Positions 47,723-58,062 of a stretch of 64,000 nucleotides of DNA are shown here, one piece after another (position 1 is the first letter of the stretch; each line of letters opens with the position of its first letter). The DNA comes from Pseudomonadota bacterium (GTDB lineage: Bacteria; Pseudomonadota; Gammaproteobacteria; Xanthomonadales; SZUA-36). The stretch spans positions 49,317 to 113,316 of the forward strand of contig JADFVZ010000061.1 in NCBI GenBank assembly GCA_015222805.1. The letters run 5' to 3'. The translations under genes were made by a program, and so were the position numbers. The notes beneath the pieces were generated by a model that saw only the letters and a list, made by a program, of their open reading frames with translations, had not been told where the DNA came from and searched no databases.

Positions 47723-48604
47723 ATGACTGCAAAGATTCTGGATGGTAAAAAGGTTAGCACTGAGCTGATCGATACGGTAAAACTTAGTATTGATAAACAC
47801 CTGCAGGCAGGAAAAACAGCGCCTTCACTGGCTGTAGTGCTGGTCGGGGCAGATCCGGCATCACAAATCTATGTGCGCAATAAACGCCGGGCCTGTGCAC
47901 GTGCCGGGATTGTGGCCAGGGACTATGACCTGCCTGTAACGACTACAGAAGCTGAGTTGCTGATTTTAATTGGACAATTGAATAAGGATCCCAATGTCAG
48001 CGGAATCCTTGTGCAGTTGCCTTTACCTGCGCATATCAACGAGGTTGCAGTAACCAACAGCATCTCCCGTTATAAAGATGTTGACGGCTTCCATATCGCC
48101 AATGTTGGTTCACTGGCCCTGCGCCAGCCTGGACTGAGACCGTGTACACCGCGGGGAATCATGACCCTGTTGGACTATTACGATCTTGACGCCAAAGGTA
48201 TCGATGCCACGGTGGTTGGGGCGTCAAATATTGTCGGTCGGCCAATGTGCCTTGAACTGCTTTATCGCGGTGCAACTGTGACCGTGGCACACAGGTTCAC
48301 CCGTAACCTGGAGCATCATGTACGTAATGCGGAACTGCTTATTGTTGCTGTAGGTAAGCGCGGCATCGTCAACTCAAGCTGGATCCGCCCCGATGCGGTG
48401 GTGGTTGATGTCGGTATCAACCGCCTTGATGATGGCAGTCTGTGTGGTGATATCGATTTTGCAACAGCTGCAGAACGGGCGGCATGGCTGACACCGGTGC
48501 CCGGTGGTATTGGCCCGATGACGGTTGCAACCCTGATTCAAAATACCGCAGAAGCCGCAGGTATTAGTGTGCACTTTACAAGTGACGGGACGAGTTCTGA
48601 ATAA
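47723..48604 (+). CDS. folD: Bifunctional methylenetetrahydrofolate dehydrogenase / methenyl-THF cyclohydrolase
   Basis: [12 protein letters not shown]..., [15 protein letters not shown] and [10 protein letters not shown]. The longest ORF starts at 47633; I prefer ATG 47723. Confidence 0.95.
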   Translation: MTAKILDGKKVSTELIDTVKLSIDKHLQAGKTAPSLAVVLVGADPASQIYVRNKRRACARAGIVARDYDLPVTTTEAELLILIGQLNKDPNVSGILVQLPLPAHINEVAVTNSISRYKDVDGFHIANVGSLALRQPGLRPCTPRGIMTLLDYYDLDAKGIDATVVGASNIVGRPMCLELLYRGATVTVAHRFTRNLEHHVRNAELLIVAVGKRGIVNSSWIRPDAVVVDVGINRLDDGSLCGDIDFATAAERAAWLTPVPGGIGPMTVATLIQNTAEAAGISVHFTSDGTSSE

Positions 48605-48608
48605 GCTC

Positions 48609-49601
48609 ATGTCCACAGTTAAACCAGTGAATGGTACTCGCCTGAAGAACTCCTTTCATCTTGCGGGCTGCCTGTGGGTCTTGCTTCTTGCTGGTGGAAG
48701 TGCCCTTGCAGATCAATCTATTGCTGATCAATATCCGGGTTCACTGTTGTATTCAAAACCGGTGGAGGTGATACCTCACGTCTGGTCAGCAATCGGCGCT
48801 ACAGCACCACCGGATTATAAAAATGCCGGGCATAACAACAACCTGTCTTTCATCGTTACCGATGAAGGCGTGGTGGTGATGAATTCCGGTGCATCCTATT
48901 TACTGGCAAAAGCACTGCATGATGAAATTCGGAAAGTAACCAGCCAGCCGGTTAAATTCGTATTTAATGAAAATGCCCAGGGACATGCCATGCTCGGTAA
49001 TGGTTACTGGCTGGAGCAGGGTGCAAGTATCATTGCACACAGAGTGGCAGCAACTGAGTTCGGGAAAAGTGGTGCCACGTCATTACAAAGTACCGTAAGA
49101 GTCAACCAGGATCAGGCCGCGGGCACTACTGTAGTCCTGCCGAATGAAACCTTTAAGGAAAGGCGGGTGCTTGAGTTAGGGGGAGTACGAATTGAAGCGC
49201 TCTGGCTGGGTCCGGCGCACTCGCATGGGGATGTTGTGCTGTGGTTACCGGAGCAGAAACTGGTGATTTCAGGTGATATGGCATTTCACGAACGCTTGTT
49301 ACCGGTTTTTCCAGATACCGACACAGCCGCCTGGCTTAAAACCTGGGAGAAGTTTGAAGACCTGGGTGCGCTATATGTGATCCCCGGTCACGGGCATCCA
49401 ACTAACATGGCCCAGGTAAGACGTTACACCAGGGATTACCTGGTGTTTTTGCGCTCAGCAGTGCAGGCGCTGCTGGATGATGGGGAAGACTTGCAGGCAG
49501 CCTATGAAATAGATCAGTCCCGTTATTCACATTTACACACGTTTAAAGAACTTGCGGCAAAAAATGCAGGTCGGGTATTTGAACAAATGGAGTTTGAATA
49601 A
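48609..49601 (+). CDS. Secreted metallo-beta-lactamase-fold hydrolase
   Basis: Signal peptide (LAGCLWVLLLAGGSALA), HSHGD metal motif and a downstream PGHG. Substrate unknown. Confidence 0.75.
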   Translation: MSTVKPVNGTRLKNSFHLAGCLWVLLLAGGSALADQSIADQYPGSLLYSKPVEVIPHVWSAIGATAPPDYKNAGHNNNLSFIVTDEGVVVMNSGASYLLAKALHDEIRKVTSQPVKFVFNENAQGHAMLGNGYWLEQGASIIAHRVAATEFGKSGATSLQSTVRVNQDQAAGTTVVLPNETFKERRVLELGGVRIEALWLGPAHSHGDVVLWLPEQKLVISGDMAFHERLLPVFPDTDTAAWLKTWEKFEDLGALYVIPGHGHPTNMAQVRRYTRDYLVFLRSAVQALLDDGEDLQAAYEIDQSRYSHLHTFKELAAKNAGRVFEQMEFE

Positions 49602-49620
49602 AAACCTGTAGGCGTAACAG

Positions 49621-50184
49621 TCAGTGTGTTTTACGAGTATTTATGCTGCTTGCATTCTGCGGGATTTTTCCGTGCCTGCCTTTAAAATACTCACGAATTA
49701 TCTTAAAATCAGCCTGTATATCGCCACTCGGTAGAAATGCACCACCCAGGCCTACCTGTTTGTTGTCATAGTCCAGGTATGCCATCACGATGGGAACCTG
49801 GGCGGCTGCAGCAATATGATAAAAGCCAGTTTTCCAGTGATCAGTTTTTTTGCGTGTGCCTTCAGGTGCAAGAGCCAGGACCATACGGTCTGTTTTTTCA
49901 AACAGGGCTGCCAGTTGCTGACTTAGGTTGAGGCTCTGGTGACGATAAACCGGGGTGCCACCAAGGGTACGGAAAAACCAGCCGTAGGGCCAGCGAAACA
50001 GGGTATGTTTTCCTATCCATTTGACATTGAGTTTAAGTGCCCACTGGGCGAGGATGCCCAGCGGAAAATCCCAGTTGCTGGTATGCGGGGCAGCGATCAC
50101 AACATATTTATTCACTCCGGGGTAGTCAGCATGAACACTCCAGCCGAGAGCCCTTAATAACCACATTGAGAGTCGCGAAAGCAT
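49621..50184 (-). CDS. Lysophospholipid (1-acyl-sn-glycerol-3-phosphate-type) acyltransferase family protein
   Basis: 187 aa with HX4D motif HTSNWD and a PEGTR block. Confidence 0.8.
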   Translation of the reverse strand: MLSRLSMWLLRALGWSVHADYPGVNKYVVIAAPHTSNWDFPLGILAQWALKLNVKWIGKHTLFRWPYGWFFRTLGGTPVYRHQSLNLSQQLAALFEKTDRMVLALAPEGTRKKTDHWKTGFYHIAAAAQVPIVMAYLDYDNKQVGLGGAFLPSGDIQADFKIIREYFKGRHGKIPQNASSINTRKTH

Positions 50185-50187
50185 TAT

Positions 50188-51084
50188 TCAGTCACTGAGT
50201 CTTGTTTGCCAGGCATCCAGTTCACCGCTTATTGACGGGTCCAGTTGCGGGTAGTCCAGTCCCATGCCCTCAAGGGCTGTGAGGACGATTTTTGCAACTT
50301 CAACACGAGCCCGCGGTTTATCATCTGCGGGAATCATAAACCAGGGGGCATAATCCGAAGAAGTGGCATTAACCATATCTGTAAAGGCTTCATCGTAGGC
50401 AGGCCGGAACGCCATTTCCCTGACATCGTTGGGGTTGAACTTCCAGCTTTTTTTTGGACGTTGAAGACGCGAAAGAAAGCGTTTTTTCTGTTCATCCTGG
50501 GAAACATTCAACCAGAATTTCAGTATCAGGGTACCGGAAGCAGCCAGGTGTTTTTCATATTCGCTAATGGCCTGGTAACGCAATGGCCACAGCTCGTCCG
50601 GATTGCTAATGCCGTCTGGATACTGGCTGTTGAGGAAGGTTTCATGTACCCGAACCACCAGTACTTCTTCGTAATAGCTGCGGTTGAAAATACATAATTC
50701 TCCACGCGCTGGTAACTGCTGGTTAGTACGCCAGAGAAAATCGTGCCGGCTTTCAATTTTGCTGGGTGATTTGAAGGCAGCAACTTTAATTACCGCAGGG
50801 TCCTGTTTTGAAAAAACGGCGCGTATCAGACTGTCCTTGCCGGCCGCATCAAGAGCCTGGAAGATCAGTAAAACCGAGTGTGACTGGCTGGCTTGCAGGC
50901 GTGACAACAAAGGTTGCATCTGCTTGCCAATGCGCTTTATCTGCTTTTCATTATTTTCAGGATCACCAGGGTCATCAAATGCTGTGATGAGATCGCCAGT
51001 GTTTATCGGCCGACTATCAGGATTAATCCTGAAGCGGGATTTAACCCCCGGCTTGAGGATTAAATCATCTGCTGCAGATGCCAT
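50188..51084 (-). CDS. Polyphosphate kinase 2 family (polyphosphate:nucleotide phosphotransferase)
   Basis: 298 aa with a PPK2 Walker-A-like FQALDAAGKDS, then FNRSYYEEV and lid-region motifs. Single PPK2 domain. Confidence 0.85.
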   Translation of the reverse strand: MASAADDLILKPGVKSRFRINPDSRPINTGDLITAFDDPGDPENNEKQIKRIGKQMQPLLSRLQASQSHSVLLIFQALDAAGKDSLIRAVFSKQDPAVIKVAAFKSPSKIESRHDFLWRTNQQLPARGELCIFNRSYYEEVLVVRVHETFLNSQYPDGISNPDELWPLRYQAISEYEKHLAASGTLILKFWLNVSQDEQKKRFLSRLQRPKKSWKFNPNDVREMAFRPAYDEAFTDMVNATSSDYAPWFMIPADDKPRARVEVAKIVLTALEGMGLDYPQLDPSISGELDAWQTRLSD

Positions 51085-51086
51085 AT

Positions 51087-52370
51087 TTATGGTCGTTCCA
51101 TGATTGCGCTGACACCCATGCCGCCTGCTGTACAGATTGATATAAGGCCACGACCGGAACCGGCCTGTTCGAGGATCTGCCCCAGGGTGGCAATAATCCG
51201 TCCACCGGTTGCTGCAAATGGGTGGCCCACTGCCAGGGAGCTGCCTTTAACATTAATCTTGCCGGGGTCAATCGAGCCCAGCGCAGCTTCAAGACCAAGC
51301 CGGTTACGGCAATAGTCATCGGACTCCCAGGCTTTTAAAGTACATAAAACCTGGGCTGCGAAGGCTTCGTGGATTTCATAAAAATCAAAATCCTGCAACT
51401 TCAGTCCCGCCATGCCAAGCATCTCGGCAACGGCCACAGTTGGCGCCATCAGCAGGCCTTCATCACTAACATAATCTACAGCAGCAGTACGTCCATAGGT
51501 GAGGAATGCCTGCACCGGAAGCTTGTGTTTGGCCGCCCATTCTTCAGACGCCAACAGCACCGCCGATGAACCATCAGTTAATGGGGTGCTGTTACCGGCG
51601 GTCAGGGTGCCTTTGGGGCTGCGATCAAATGCGGTGCGTAATTGTGCCAGCTTATCCATGTTTGAATCTGCACGCAGGTTGTTGTCACGGGTAACGCCGG
51701 CAAATGGTGTCAGCAGGTCATCAAAGAAACCGGCGGCATATGCAGCTGCGGCTTTGTGGTGGCTGTCCATGGCCAATCGGTCCTGGTCTTCACGGCTGAT
51801 ATTCCATTGCTTTGCCATCCGTTCACAGTGCTGGCCCATGGAGAAGCCCGTACGCGGTTCACCGTTGGCCGGCGGCTGGGGTGACAATTCTGCCGGTGAG
51901 AAGCCTTTTAAAGCTTTCATTTTGGCTTTGGCACTTTTTGAACGACCCAGCTCAATAAGTCGCTGGGAAAATTTTCGGGAAAACACGATCGGTGCATCAG
52001 AGGTTGTGTCAGTCCCGCCGACAATTGCGGATTCGATCTGGCCGGAAGCGATTTTCGCTCCAGACATCAGGGCTGCCTGCAATCCGGTGCCGCAGGCCTG
52101 TGACATGGTAATGCCGGGAGTTAAAGGTGACAGGTCGGTTGACTGCAGGGCTTCGCGGGTCAGGTTCCAGTCTTTGGAGTGGGTGGTGACCGCACCGGCA
52201 ACCACTTCATCCAGTTGTATTCCACCAAGCCCGAATTTATCGACAACGCCCTGGATGGATGCGGCCAGCATATCGAGGTTGGTGTTGTCAGCATAAAAGC
52301 TGTTGGAGCGACAGAAAGGGATCCGGCTGCCGCCGATTACTGCAATACGACGATACTTATACTCACTCAT
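51087..52370 (-). CDS. Acetyl-CoA C-acyltransferase (FadI-like thiolase)
   Basis: 427 aa with RIAVIGGSRIPF, active-site Cys in SQACGTGLQA, plus GHPFAATG and CTAGGMG. Confidence 0.9.
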   Translation of the reverse strand: MSEYKYRRIAVIGGSRIPFCRSNSFYADNTNLDMLAASIQGVVDKFGLGGIQLDEVVAGAVTTHSKDWNLTREALQSTDLSPLTPGITMSQACGTGLQAALMSGAKIASGQIESAIVGGTDTTSDAPIVFSRKFSQRLIELGRSKSAKAKMKALKGFSPAELSPQPPANGEPRTGFSMGQHCERMAKQWNISREDQDRLAMDSHHKAAAAYAAGFFDDLLTPFAGVTRDNNLRADSNMDKLAQLRTAFDRSPKGTLTAGNSTPLTDGSSAVLLASEEWAAKHKLPVQAFLTYGRTAAVDYVSDEGLLMAPTVAVAEMLGMAGLKLQDFDFYEIHEAFAAQVLCTLKAWESDDYCRNRLGLEAALGSIDPGKINVKGSSLAVGHPFAATGGRIIATLGQILEQAGSGRGLISICTAGGMGVSAIMERP

Positions 52371-54352
52371 GAGGATGCCTCCTGTTTAGCTGCGGCTGTG
52401 TTTTTCTGTGTTTCCAGGTAATGTAATGGTCCGCCCAGGAAAGGAGCGAAGCCAGTGCCAAAGATCATTCCTGCATCGATAATATCCGCATCAGCGACAA
52501 TGCCGTCAGCCAGGCAGGCTTCACACTCATCAAAATACGGCTGCAATAATTCTTTCGCCAGTTTCTTCAGGTTATGTCCACGGGTTTTTTCCGAATCTTT
52601 TTTAGCCCGGCCTTTTTCCCACTGATAGAAGCCTTCACCGGATTTCTTGCCCAACTTGCCGGCATCGATGTATTTTTTCAGGAAGGTCGCCTGTTCTTCA
52701 GCATCATCGCCCCCCAGAGTACTAACTACACCAAGTCCTACATCCAGGCCTACGGTATCAGCAAGCTCGACCGGACCCATGGGCATACCAAAATCTGTTG
52801 CCGCTTTATCAATGGCTTCTTTGGGGATGCCGGACTGGTAAAGCGCCATGGCTTTGCTCATATAAGGTGCAAGCACCCGGTTGACGAGGAAGCCGGGGCT
52901 GCTCTTGACCAACAGGGGAAAACGCGAAATTTGACCGGCAAAAGCACAGGCTCGCTTAATCAGGGCTTTATCAGTCTTTTTCCCATAAACAACTTCAAGC
53001 AGTGGCATTTTTGCTACTGGATTAAAGAAGTGCAGGCCGATAAGGCGTTTCGGTGAACGTAATACCGAAGCAATATCCTCGAGCGGTATGGCGGAAGTGT
53101 TGGTCGCCAGGATAGCGTGTTTGGGGGCCTGTTTTTCTATCTTCTTAAACAGCTCCTGCTTGGCTTCAAGGTTTTCGAAGATGGCTTCAACAATAACATC
53201 GGCACGGGAAATACCGAGCCCGTCGACATCGGGAGTCAATCGGGCCATTGCTGCTGCCCGTGCGGCTTTAGAGCGTACTTTCTTGCTAAATAACTTACCG
53301 GCGCGTTTAATGGCCGGTTCAATATATTTCATTTCCCGATCCTGAAGGGTAACATCGAGTCCCCGCAGCACACACCAGGCGGCGATATCGCCACCCATCA
53401 CGCCGGCGCCGATCACATGAACCCGGCGTACTTTTACGTCAGATTTTTTACCTTCAGACTTGAGCCGCTCCATTAGTTTAAAAACCCGGCGCAAGTTACG
53501 TGAGGTGTCGCCAACAATAAGCTCGCCGACACCAACTGCCTCTGCTTCCAGCATGGCAGGGAAGTCATCTGCATGATCTTCGAACAGATCAATCAGTTTG
53601 TATGGGGCAGGGTAGTGCTTTGGATTGGCTTTCTTTGCAGTTTCCTTGCGCACAAATTTAGCCAGCCAGCGGCGTATCGGACCACTGTTCAGCAAGCTGA
53701 TACTGCGGCCCGGGGCTTTAGATTTAAGTTTTTTCGCTACAGCTTTGCGTGCTGCCCAGGCCATGCTGGCTTGTGGGCTGACCAGTTGATCAACCAGACC
53801 GAGCCCCCTGGCCGCTGATGCGCGCAGGAAGCGTGCGGAGAGCATTAATGGAAGGGCGTCTTTGCCGCCCAGTTTACGGATAGTGCGTGCAGCACCACCA
53901 AAACCTGGAAATATACCCAGGTTCATTTCCGGGAAGCCAATCCTGGTTTTATCAGTGTTTTTTGCAATACGCCAGTCAAATGCCAGTGCCAGTTCCAGGC
54001 CGCCACCCAGGCAGAAGCCTTCTATGCAGGCTACGGTTGGGAAGGGAAGTGCTTCAATTCGGTTAAACAGGGCATGCACAGTACGGATACCCTCTGCGGC
54101 CTCTTTCGGGTCCGTGGCATCATCAAACTCATTGACATTGGCACCATAAATGAATGAACCGGGTTTTCCTGATTGCAACACCAGGCCGGCAGGATTATCG
54201 GTTTCAATCGTTGTGATGGCGGTATCCAGTTCCATTATTGCTGCGGTTGACAAAATATTAGCCTTTTCCCCGGGGCAGTCGAATGTCAGCCAGACAATAT
54301 TATCGATATCACTTTCCAGCCTCCAGCTTTTTAAATCAGGGAATTTACTCAT
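52367..54352 (-). CDS. Multifunctional enoyl-CoA hydratase / 3-hydroxyacyl-CoA dehydrogenase (FadB/FadJ-type, hydratase first)
   Basis: 661 aa with an N-terminal crotonase fold (GFCLGGGLELALA) followed by NAD motif VHVIGAGVMGGDIA. Confidence 0.9.
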   Translation of the reverse strand: MSKFPDLKSWRLESDIDNIVWLTFDCPGEKANILSTAAIMELDTAITTIETDNPAGLVLQSGKPGSFIYGANVNEFDDATDPKEAAEGIRTVHALFNRIEALPFPTVACIEGFCLGGGLELALAFDWRIAKNTDKTRIGFPEMNLGIFPGFGGAARTIRKLGGKDALPLMLSARFLRASAARGLGLVDQLVSPQASMAWAARKAVAKKLKSKAPGRSISLLNSGPIRRWLAKFVRKETAKKANPKHYPAPYKLIDLFEDHADDFPAMLEAEAVGVGELIVGDTSRNLRRVFKLMERLKSEGKKSDVKVRRVHVIGAGVMGGDIAAWCVLRGLDVTLQDREMKYIEPAIKRAGKLFSKKVRSKAARAAAMARLTPDVDGLGISRADVIVEAIFENLEAKQELFKKIEKQAPKHAILATNTSAIPLEDIASVLRSPKRLIGLHFFNPVAKMPLLEVVYGKKTDKALIKRACAFAGQISRFPLLVKSSPGFLVNRVLAPYMSKAMALYQSGIPKEAIDKAATDFGMPMGPVELADTVGLDVGLGVVSTLGGDDAEEQATFLKKYIDAGKLGKKSGEGFYQWEKGRAKKDSEKTRGHNLKKLAKELLQPYFDECEACLADGIVADADIIDAGMIFGTGFAPFLGGPLHYLETQKNTAAAKQEASS

Positions 54353-54469
54353 TTTGAATGATCCTTGTGTGGTTGGTTAGTACAGGTGCGTAGCCATGGT
54401 TTATAACAATGCGCTTGCGTATGGTGACTCATTATATGTCAAAGTGGCCGGGCGTGAGAGTTTAGCTGT

Positions 54470-55045
54470 TCAAGGGATTTGACAGCCCGCGATGCGCAGT
54501 AGTTCAGCTGTAGCAATCAGCGGCAAGCCTATCAATGCGGTGGGGTCATCTGCGCTGATCCGCTCGAACAGGCTGATACCGAGGGCTTCTGCCTTGAAGC
54601 TACCAGCACAGTCAAACGGTTTTTCATCTTCGATATAACGCTGGATTTCATCACCATTGAGATGCCTGAAGTGCACCAGCGTTGGCACCCGTCGCTGTAA
54701 CGTGATTCCACGGCTGCGGCAAACCAGCGCCACGGCTGTTTCAAAAACAACTTCGCGTCCTGATAGTAGTTCAAGCTGAGTGGCTGCTGCCTCGGGGTTT
54801 CCAGCTTTACCCAGGACTCGCCCGCTAGCGATCAGGGATTGGTCCGAGCCAATAACCAGGGCATCAGGGAATGAATCAGCAATTACCCCGGCCTTCGCAA
54901 GCGCCAGTCTATCGACCATAGTGGTCAGGCTTTCGCCTGTAAGTGGTGTTTCATCCACTTCAGGTGCCATACACTCAAAATCAATTAACAGCCGTTCCAG
55001 CAACTGTTTCCGGTATGTTGAGGTTGAGGCAAGGATAATTCTCAT
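54470..55045 (-). CDS. maf: Maf-family nucleoside-triphosphate pyrophosphatase (YceF-like)
   Basis: 191 aa: MRIILASTSTYRKQLL...GSDQ...GAYGIQ-like block (AGSFKAEALG). Divergent from yceD, as in E. coli. Confidence 0.88.
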   Translation of the reverse strand: MRIILASTSTYRKQLLERLLIDFECMAPEVDETPLTGESLTTMVDRLALAKAGVIADSFPDALVIGSDQSLIASGRVLGKAGNPEAAATQLELLSGREVVFETAVALVCRSRGITLQRRVPTLVHFRHLNGDEIQRYIEDEKPFDCAGSFKAEALGISLFERISADDPTALIGLPLIATAELLRIAGCQIP

Positions 55046-55110
55046 TTTTAGTGTATCGCCTTGTCATATGACTTGTGATTAAGGGGTATTGATAGTAAAA
55101 TTGTTCGGTT

Positions 55111-55662
55111 ATGTTGAATGATTACCCAGAACGCTTTCCTGCCAGGGTGAATCCCTGGAGATTAGCAGAGGGCCAGCAGTCGTTGGCGGGTAGTATACCC
55201 CTCTGTCAATTGAAGCGTTTGGGTGGTTTCCTGCATGGTGGAGAGGCGCAACTGGAATCTTCAGTAGAGGGTTCAAATCAGGTCCGCTTTGATGCCCGCT
55301 TCGGTACCGGCGATAATCGCCGCCCGGTGTTGCGCTTGCGGGTAATGGCGGAGTTACCTTTGCTATGCCAGCGCAGCCTGGAGGTCTACCTGGAAAAGAT
55401 AGATCGCGAAATCGAGTTAACCCTCATTGATGCAGAAAGCAGCAGGGAGGGCAGGGAAGAGATTGACGATGGCACAGATACTGTGCTGGTGGATTCAAAG
55501 CAGTTGGCAATAGCCGATGTGGTTGAGGATGAATTAATAATATCCCTGCCGCTGATAGCGGTGAATCCAGAATGTCCCGTTATGGAATTTCATAGCGAGG
55601 ACAAAGATTATAAAGAGCCGGAACAGAAGAACCCTTTTGCGGATTTAATAAAATTACGCTAA
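55111..55662 (+). CDS. yceD: YceD-family (DUF177) large-subunit rRNA accumulation protein
   Basis: 183 aa with an acidic C-terminal half and NPFADL near the end. Conserved position upstream of rpmF. Confidence 0.85.
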   Translation: MLNDYPERFPARVNPWRLAEGQQSLAGSIPLCQLKRLGGFLHGGEAQLESSVEGSNQVRFDARFGTGDNRRPVLRLRVMAELPLLCQRSLEVYLEKIDREIELTLIDAESSREGREEIDDGTDTVLVDSKQLAIADVVEDELIISLPLIAVNPECPVMEFHSEDKDYKEPEQKNPFADLIKLR

Positions 55663-55760
55663 AGCAAATATTCTGATTTGAGTTCTCCCGGCAACCGGCC
55701 TGGGATTGATTTTGCCGGTTTGCTGAAATACAAAAATTATATTTACCAGGAGTTAGAACC

Positions 55761-55958
55761 ATGGCAGTCCAAAAAAGTCGTAAAACCCCATCACGTCGCG
55801 GTATGCGTCGTTCGCACGATGCACTGAAAGCACCGACGCTTTCCATCGAACCGACAACCGGTGAAGTTCATCTGCGTCACCACGTCAGCGAAGAAGGTTA
55901 TTATCGCGGTCGTAAAGTCATCGAAACTAAAATTGTTGAGATTGACGACGAAGAATAA
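55761..55958 (+). CDS. rpmF: 50S ribosomal protein L32
   Basis: 65 aa: [22 protein letters not shown]. Confidence 0.97.
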   Translation: MAVQKSRKTPSRRGMRRSHDALKAPTLSIEPTTGEVHLRHHVSEEGYYRGRKVIETKIVEIDDEE

Positions 55959-55986
55959 CGCAGTAAGCTTATCCTTTTAGCTTATG

Positions 55987-56020
55987 ATCCGTTGTCAGTG
56001 TTACTGGCAACGGATTTTTC
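55987..56020 (+). terminator. Rho-independent terminator after rpmF
   Basis: atccgttg-(13-nt loop)-caacggat followed by ttttcgttt. Confidence 0.65.
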
Positions 56021-56130
56021 GTTTCAGGATGCGTACGCTGGCGTATGCGCTTTGCTGCGATTATCATCAGTTGCCTAATAATTACTTACTGTTTACTATT
56101 TACCTTTGAAATTCATCCGGGAAAGAATTT

Positions 56131-57099
56131 ATGACGTATTCAAGAATAATGGGCACTGGCAGTTACCTGCCTAAAAATATAGTCACAAATAAAGACCTGG
56201 AAAAATTGATGGATACATCAGATCAATGGATCCAGGATCGCACCGGAATCAAACAGCGGCATTGGGCGGCAGATGACGAAACCACTGTCGACATGGTTGA
56301 GCATGCGGCCCGAAGGGCTGTCGATTCTGCAGGAATCGAAATGTCTGAGATTGATATGATTATTCTCGGAACAACAACCCCGAATCTAATTTTCCCCAGC
56401 AGCGCCTGCCTGCTTCAGGCCCGGTTGGGCCTTCCGGGTATTGCTGCTTTTGATTTGAATGCTGCCTGCACCAGTTTCATTTATTGTTTAAGTGTGGCAG
56501 ATCAATTTATTAAGAGTGGGATGGCAAAAAAAATCCTGGTATGCGGTGTTGAAACCCTTTCCCGGGCACTGGACTGGGAAGATCGTACAACCGCGGTGTT
56601 GTTTGCCGATGGTGCTGGAGCTGTTGTACTGGAGGCCTCTGAAGAGCCGGGCATACTATCTACCCATATCCACGCCGATGGCCGTTATGCTGATTTACTG
56701 GGAACAGATGTAGGCGTGTCCTGCGGGTTTGAAAATGCTCCTAATGGCGGCCTGAAAATTCTGATGAACGGCAGGGAAGTGTTTAAAATGGCGGTACGCA
56801 CACTGGGGCAAATAGTGGATGAAACCCTGGCTGCCAACAATATGGAAAAATCAGATATCGACTGGTTAATTCCACACCAGGCGAATCTGCGCATCATCAT
56901 GGCAACCGCTAAAAAACTGAACATGCCAATGGAGCGAGTGATTGTGACCGTTGACAAACACGGTAATACCTCGGCTGCCTCAGTCGCACTGGCGCTTGAC
57001 GAAGGTGTTCGCAGTGGCAGGGTCAAACGTGGGGATACGATTTTGCTGGAAGCGTTTGGTGGTGGGTTTACCTGGGGCTCCGCCCTGATTAAATATTAA
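56131..57099 (+). CDS. fabH: 3-oxoacyl-ACP synthase III
   Basis: 322 aa with the Cys-His-Asn triad contexts AACTSF, PHQAN and GNTSAAS. Confidence 0.95.
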   Translation: MTYSRIMGTGSYLPKNIVTNKDLEKLMDTSDQWIQDRTGIKQRHWAADDETTVDMVEHAARRAVDSAGIEMSEIDMIILGTTTPNLIFPSSACLLQARLGLPGIAAFDLNAACTSFIYCLSVADQFIKSGMAKKILVCGVETLSRALDWEDRTTAVLFADGAGAVVLEASEEPGILSTHIHADGRYADLLGTDVGVSCGFENAPNGGLKILMNGREVFKMAVRTLGQIVDETLAANNMEKSDIDWLIPHQANLRIIMATAKKLNMPMERVIVTVDKHGNTSAASVALALDEGVRSGRVKRGDTILLEAFGGGFTWGSALIKY

Positions 57100-57117
57100 T
57101 TTGATAGCTGATTTGTT

Positions 57118-58062
57118 ATGAAAACTGCATTTTTATTCCCCGGACAGGGATCCCAGTCAATTGGCATGCTCGCTGATCTTGCGGCAGAGTACCCGCAGGT
57201 AGCCGAGGTCTTTAATGAGGCCAGTGAGGTGCTGGGCTTTGGTCTCTGGGATCTTTGCCAGCAAGGACCTCAGGAACAGCTTAATCAAACCGAATTCACC
57301 CAGCCTGCTGTGTTGGCTGCTGATATTGCTGTCTGGCGTGTCTGGCAGTCACTGGGAGGTGGTACACCAGATTATATGGCAGGCCATAGCCTGGGTGAAT
57401 ATGCCGCTCTGGTGGCAGCTGGCAGCATCAGTCTGGCTGAAGGCATCAAACTGGTTTCGCTTCGCGGGCAGTTGATGCAGTCTGCGACACCTGCAGGTAA
57501 GGGTGCGATGGCTGCCATCCTCGGGATTGAAGACTCAGCCGTTGAAGCCGCCTGTGATGAAGCTTCATCAAGCGGTATTGTATCCGCAGCAAACTACAAT
57601 TCACCTGGGCAGGTGGTAATAGCCGGAGATAAAGCGGCTGTAGAAAGGGCATGCAGCCTGTGTTCAGATGCAGGTGCACGTCGCGCCATGCTGCTGGCTG
57701 TTAGTGTGCCTTCGCACTGTGCCTTGATGCAGCCCGCGGCGGATAAATTCGCGCCCGCCCTTGATGCACTGCAGATTCAACCGGCAGCAAGCTCAATCCT
57801 GCATAATATTGACGCCAGTGTTGCAACAGGTCCTGAGTCAATTCGCCAGCACTTGCTTGAACAGTTATATCAGCCGGTACGCTGGACACAAAGCATACAA
57901 ATAATGCTGGACCTGGGTGTGGAAGCATTCGCTGAATGCGGCCCGGGTAAGGTATTGAGCGGTTTGAACAAGCGAATTGCACGACGGGTAAAAATTACCC
58001 CACTGCAATCTCCCGGGTTACTACAGGATACAATTCTTGAGTGGAGTACGAATAATGAGTGA
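57118..58062 (+). CDS. fabD: Malonyl-CoA:ACP transacylase
   Basis: 314 aa with FPGQGSQ and GHSLGEY. Confidence 0.96.
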   Translation: MKTAFLFPGQGSQSIGMLADLAAEYPQVAEVFNEASEVLGFGLWDLCQQGPQEQLNQTEFTQPAVLAADIAVWRVWQSLGGGTPDYMAGHSLGEYAALVAAGSISLAEGIKLVSLRGQLMQSATPAGKGAMAAILGIEDSAVEAACDEASSSGIVSAANYNSPGQVVIAGDKAAVERACSLCSDAGARRAMLLAVSVPSHCALMQPAADKFAPALDALQIQPAASSILHNIDASVATGPESIRQHLLEQLYQPVRWTQSIQIMLDLGVEAFAECGPGKVLSGLNKRIARRVKITPLQSPGLLQDTILEWSTNNE

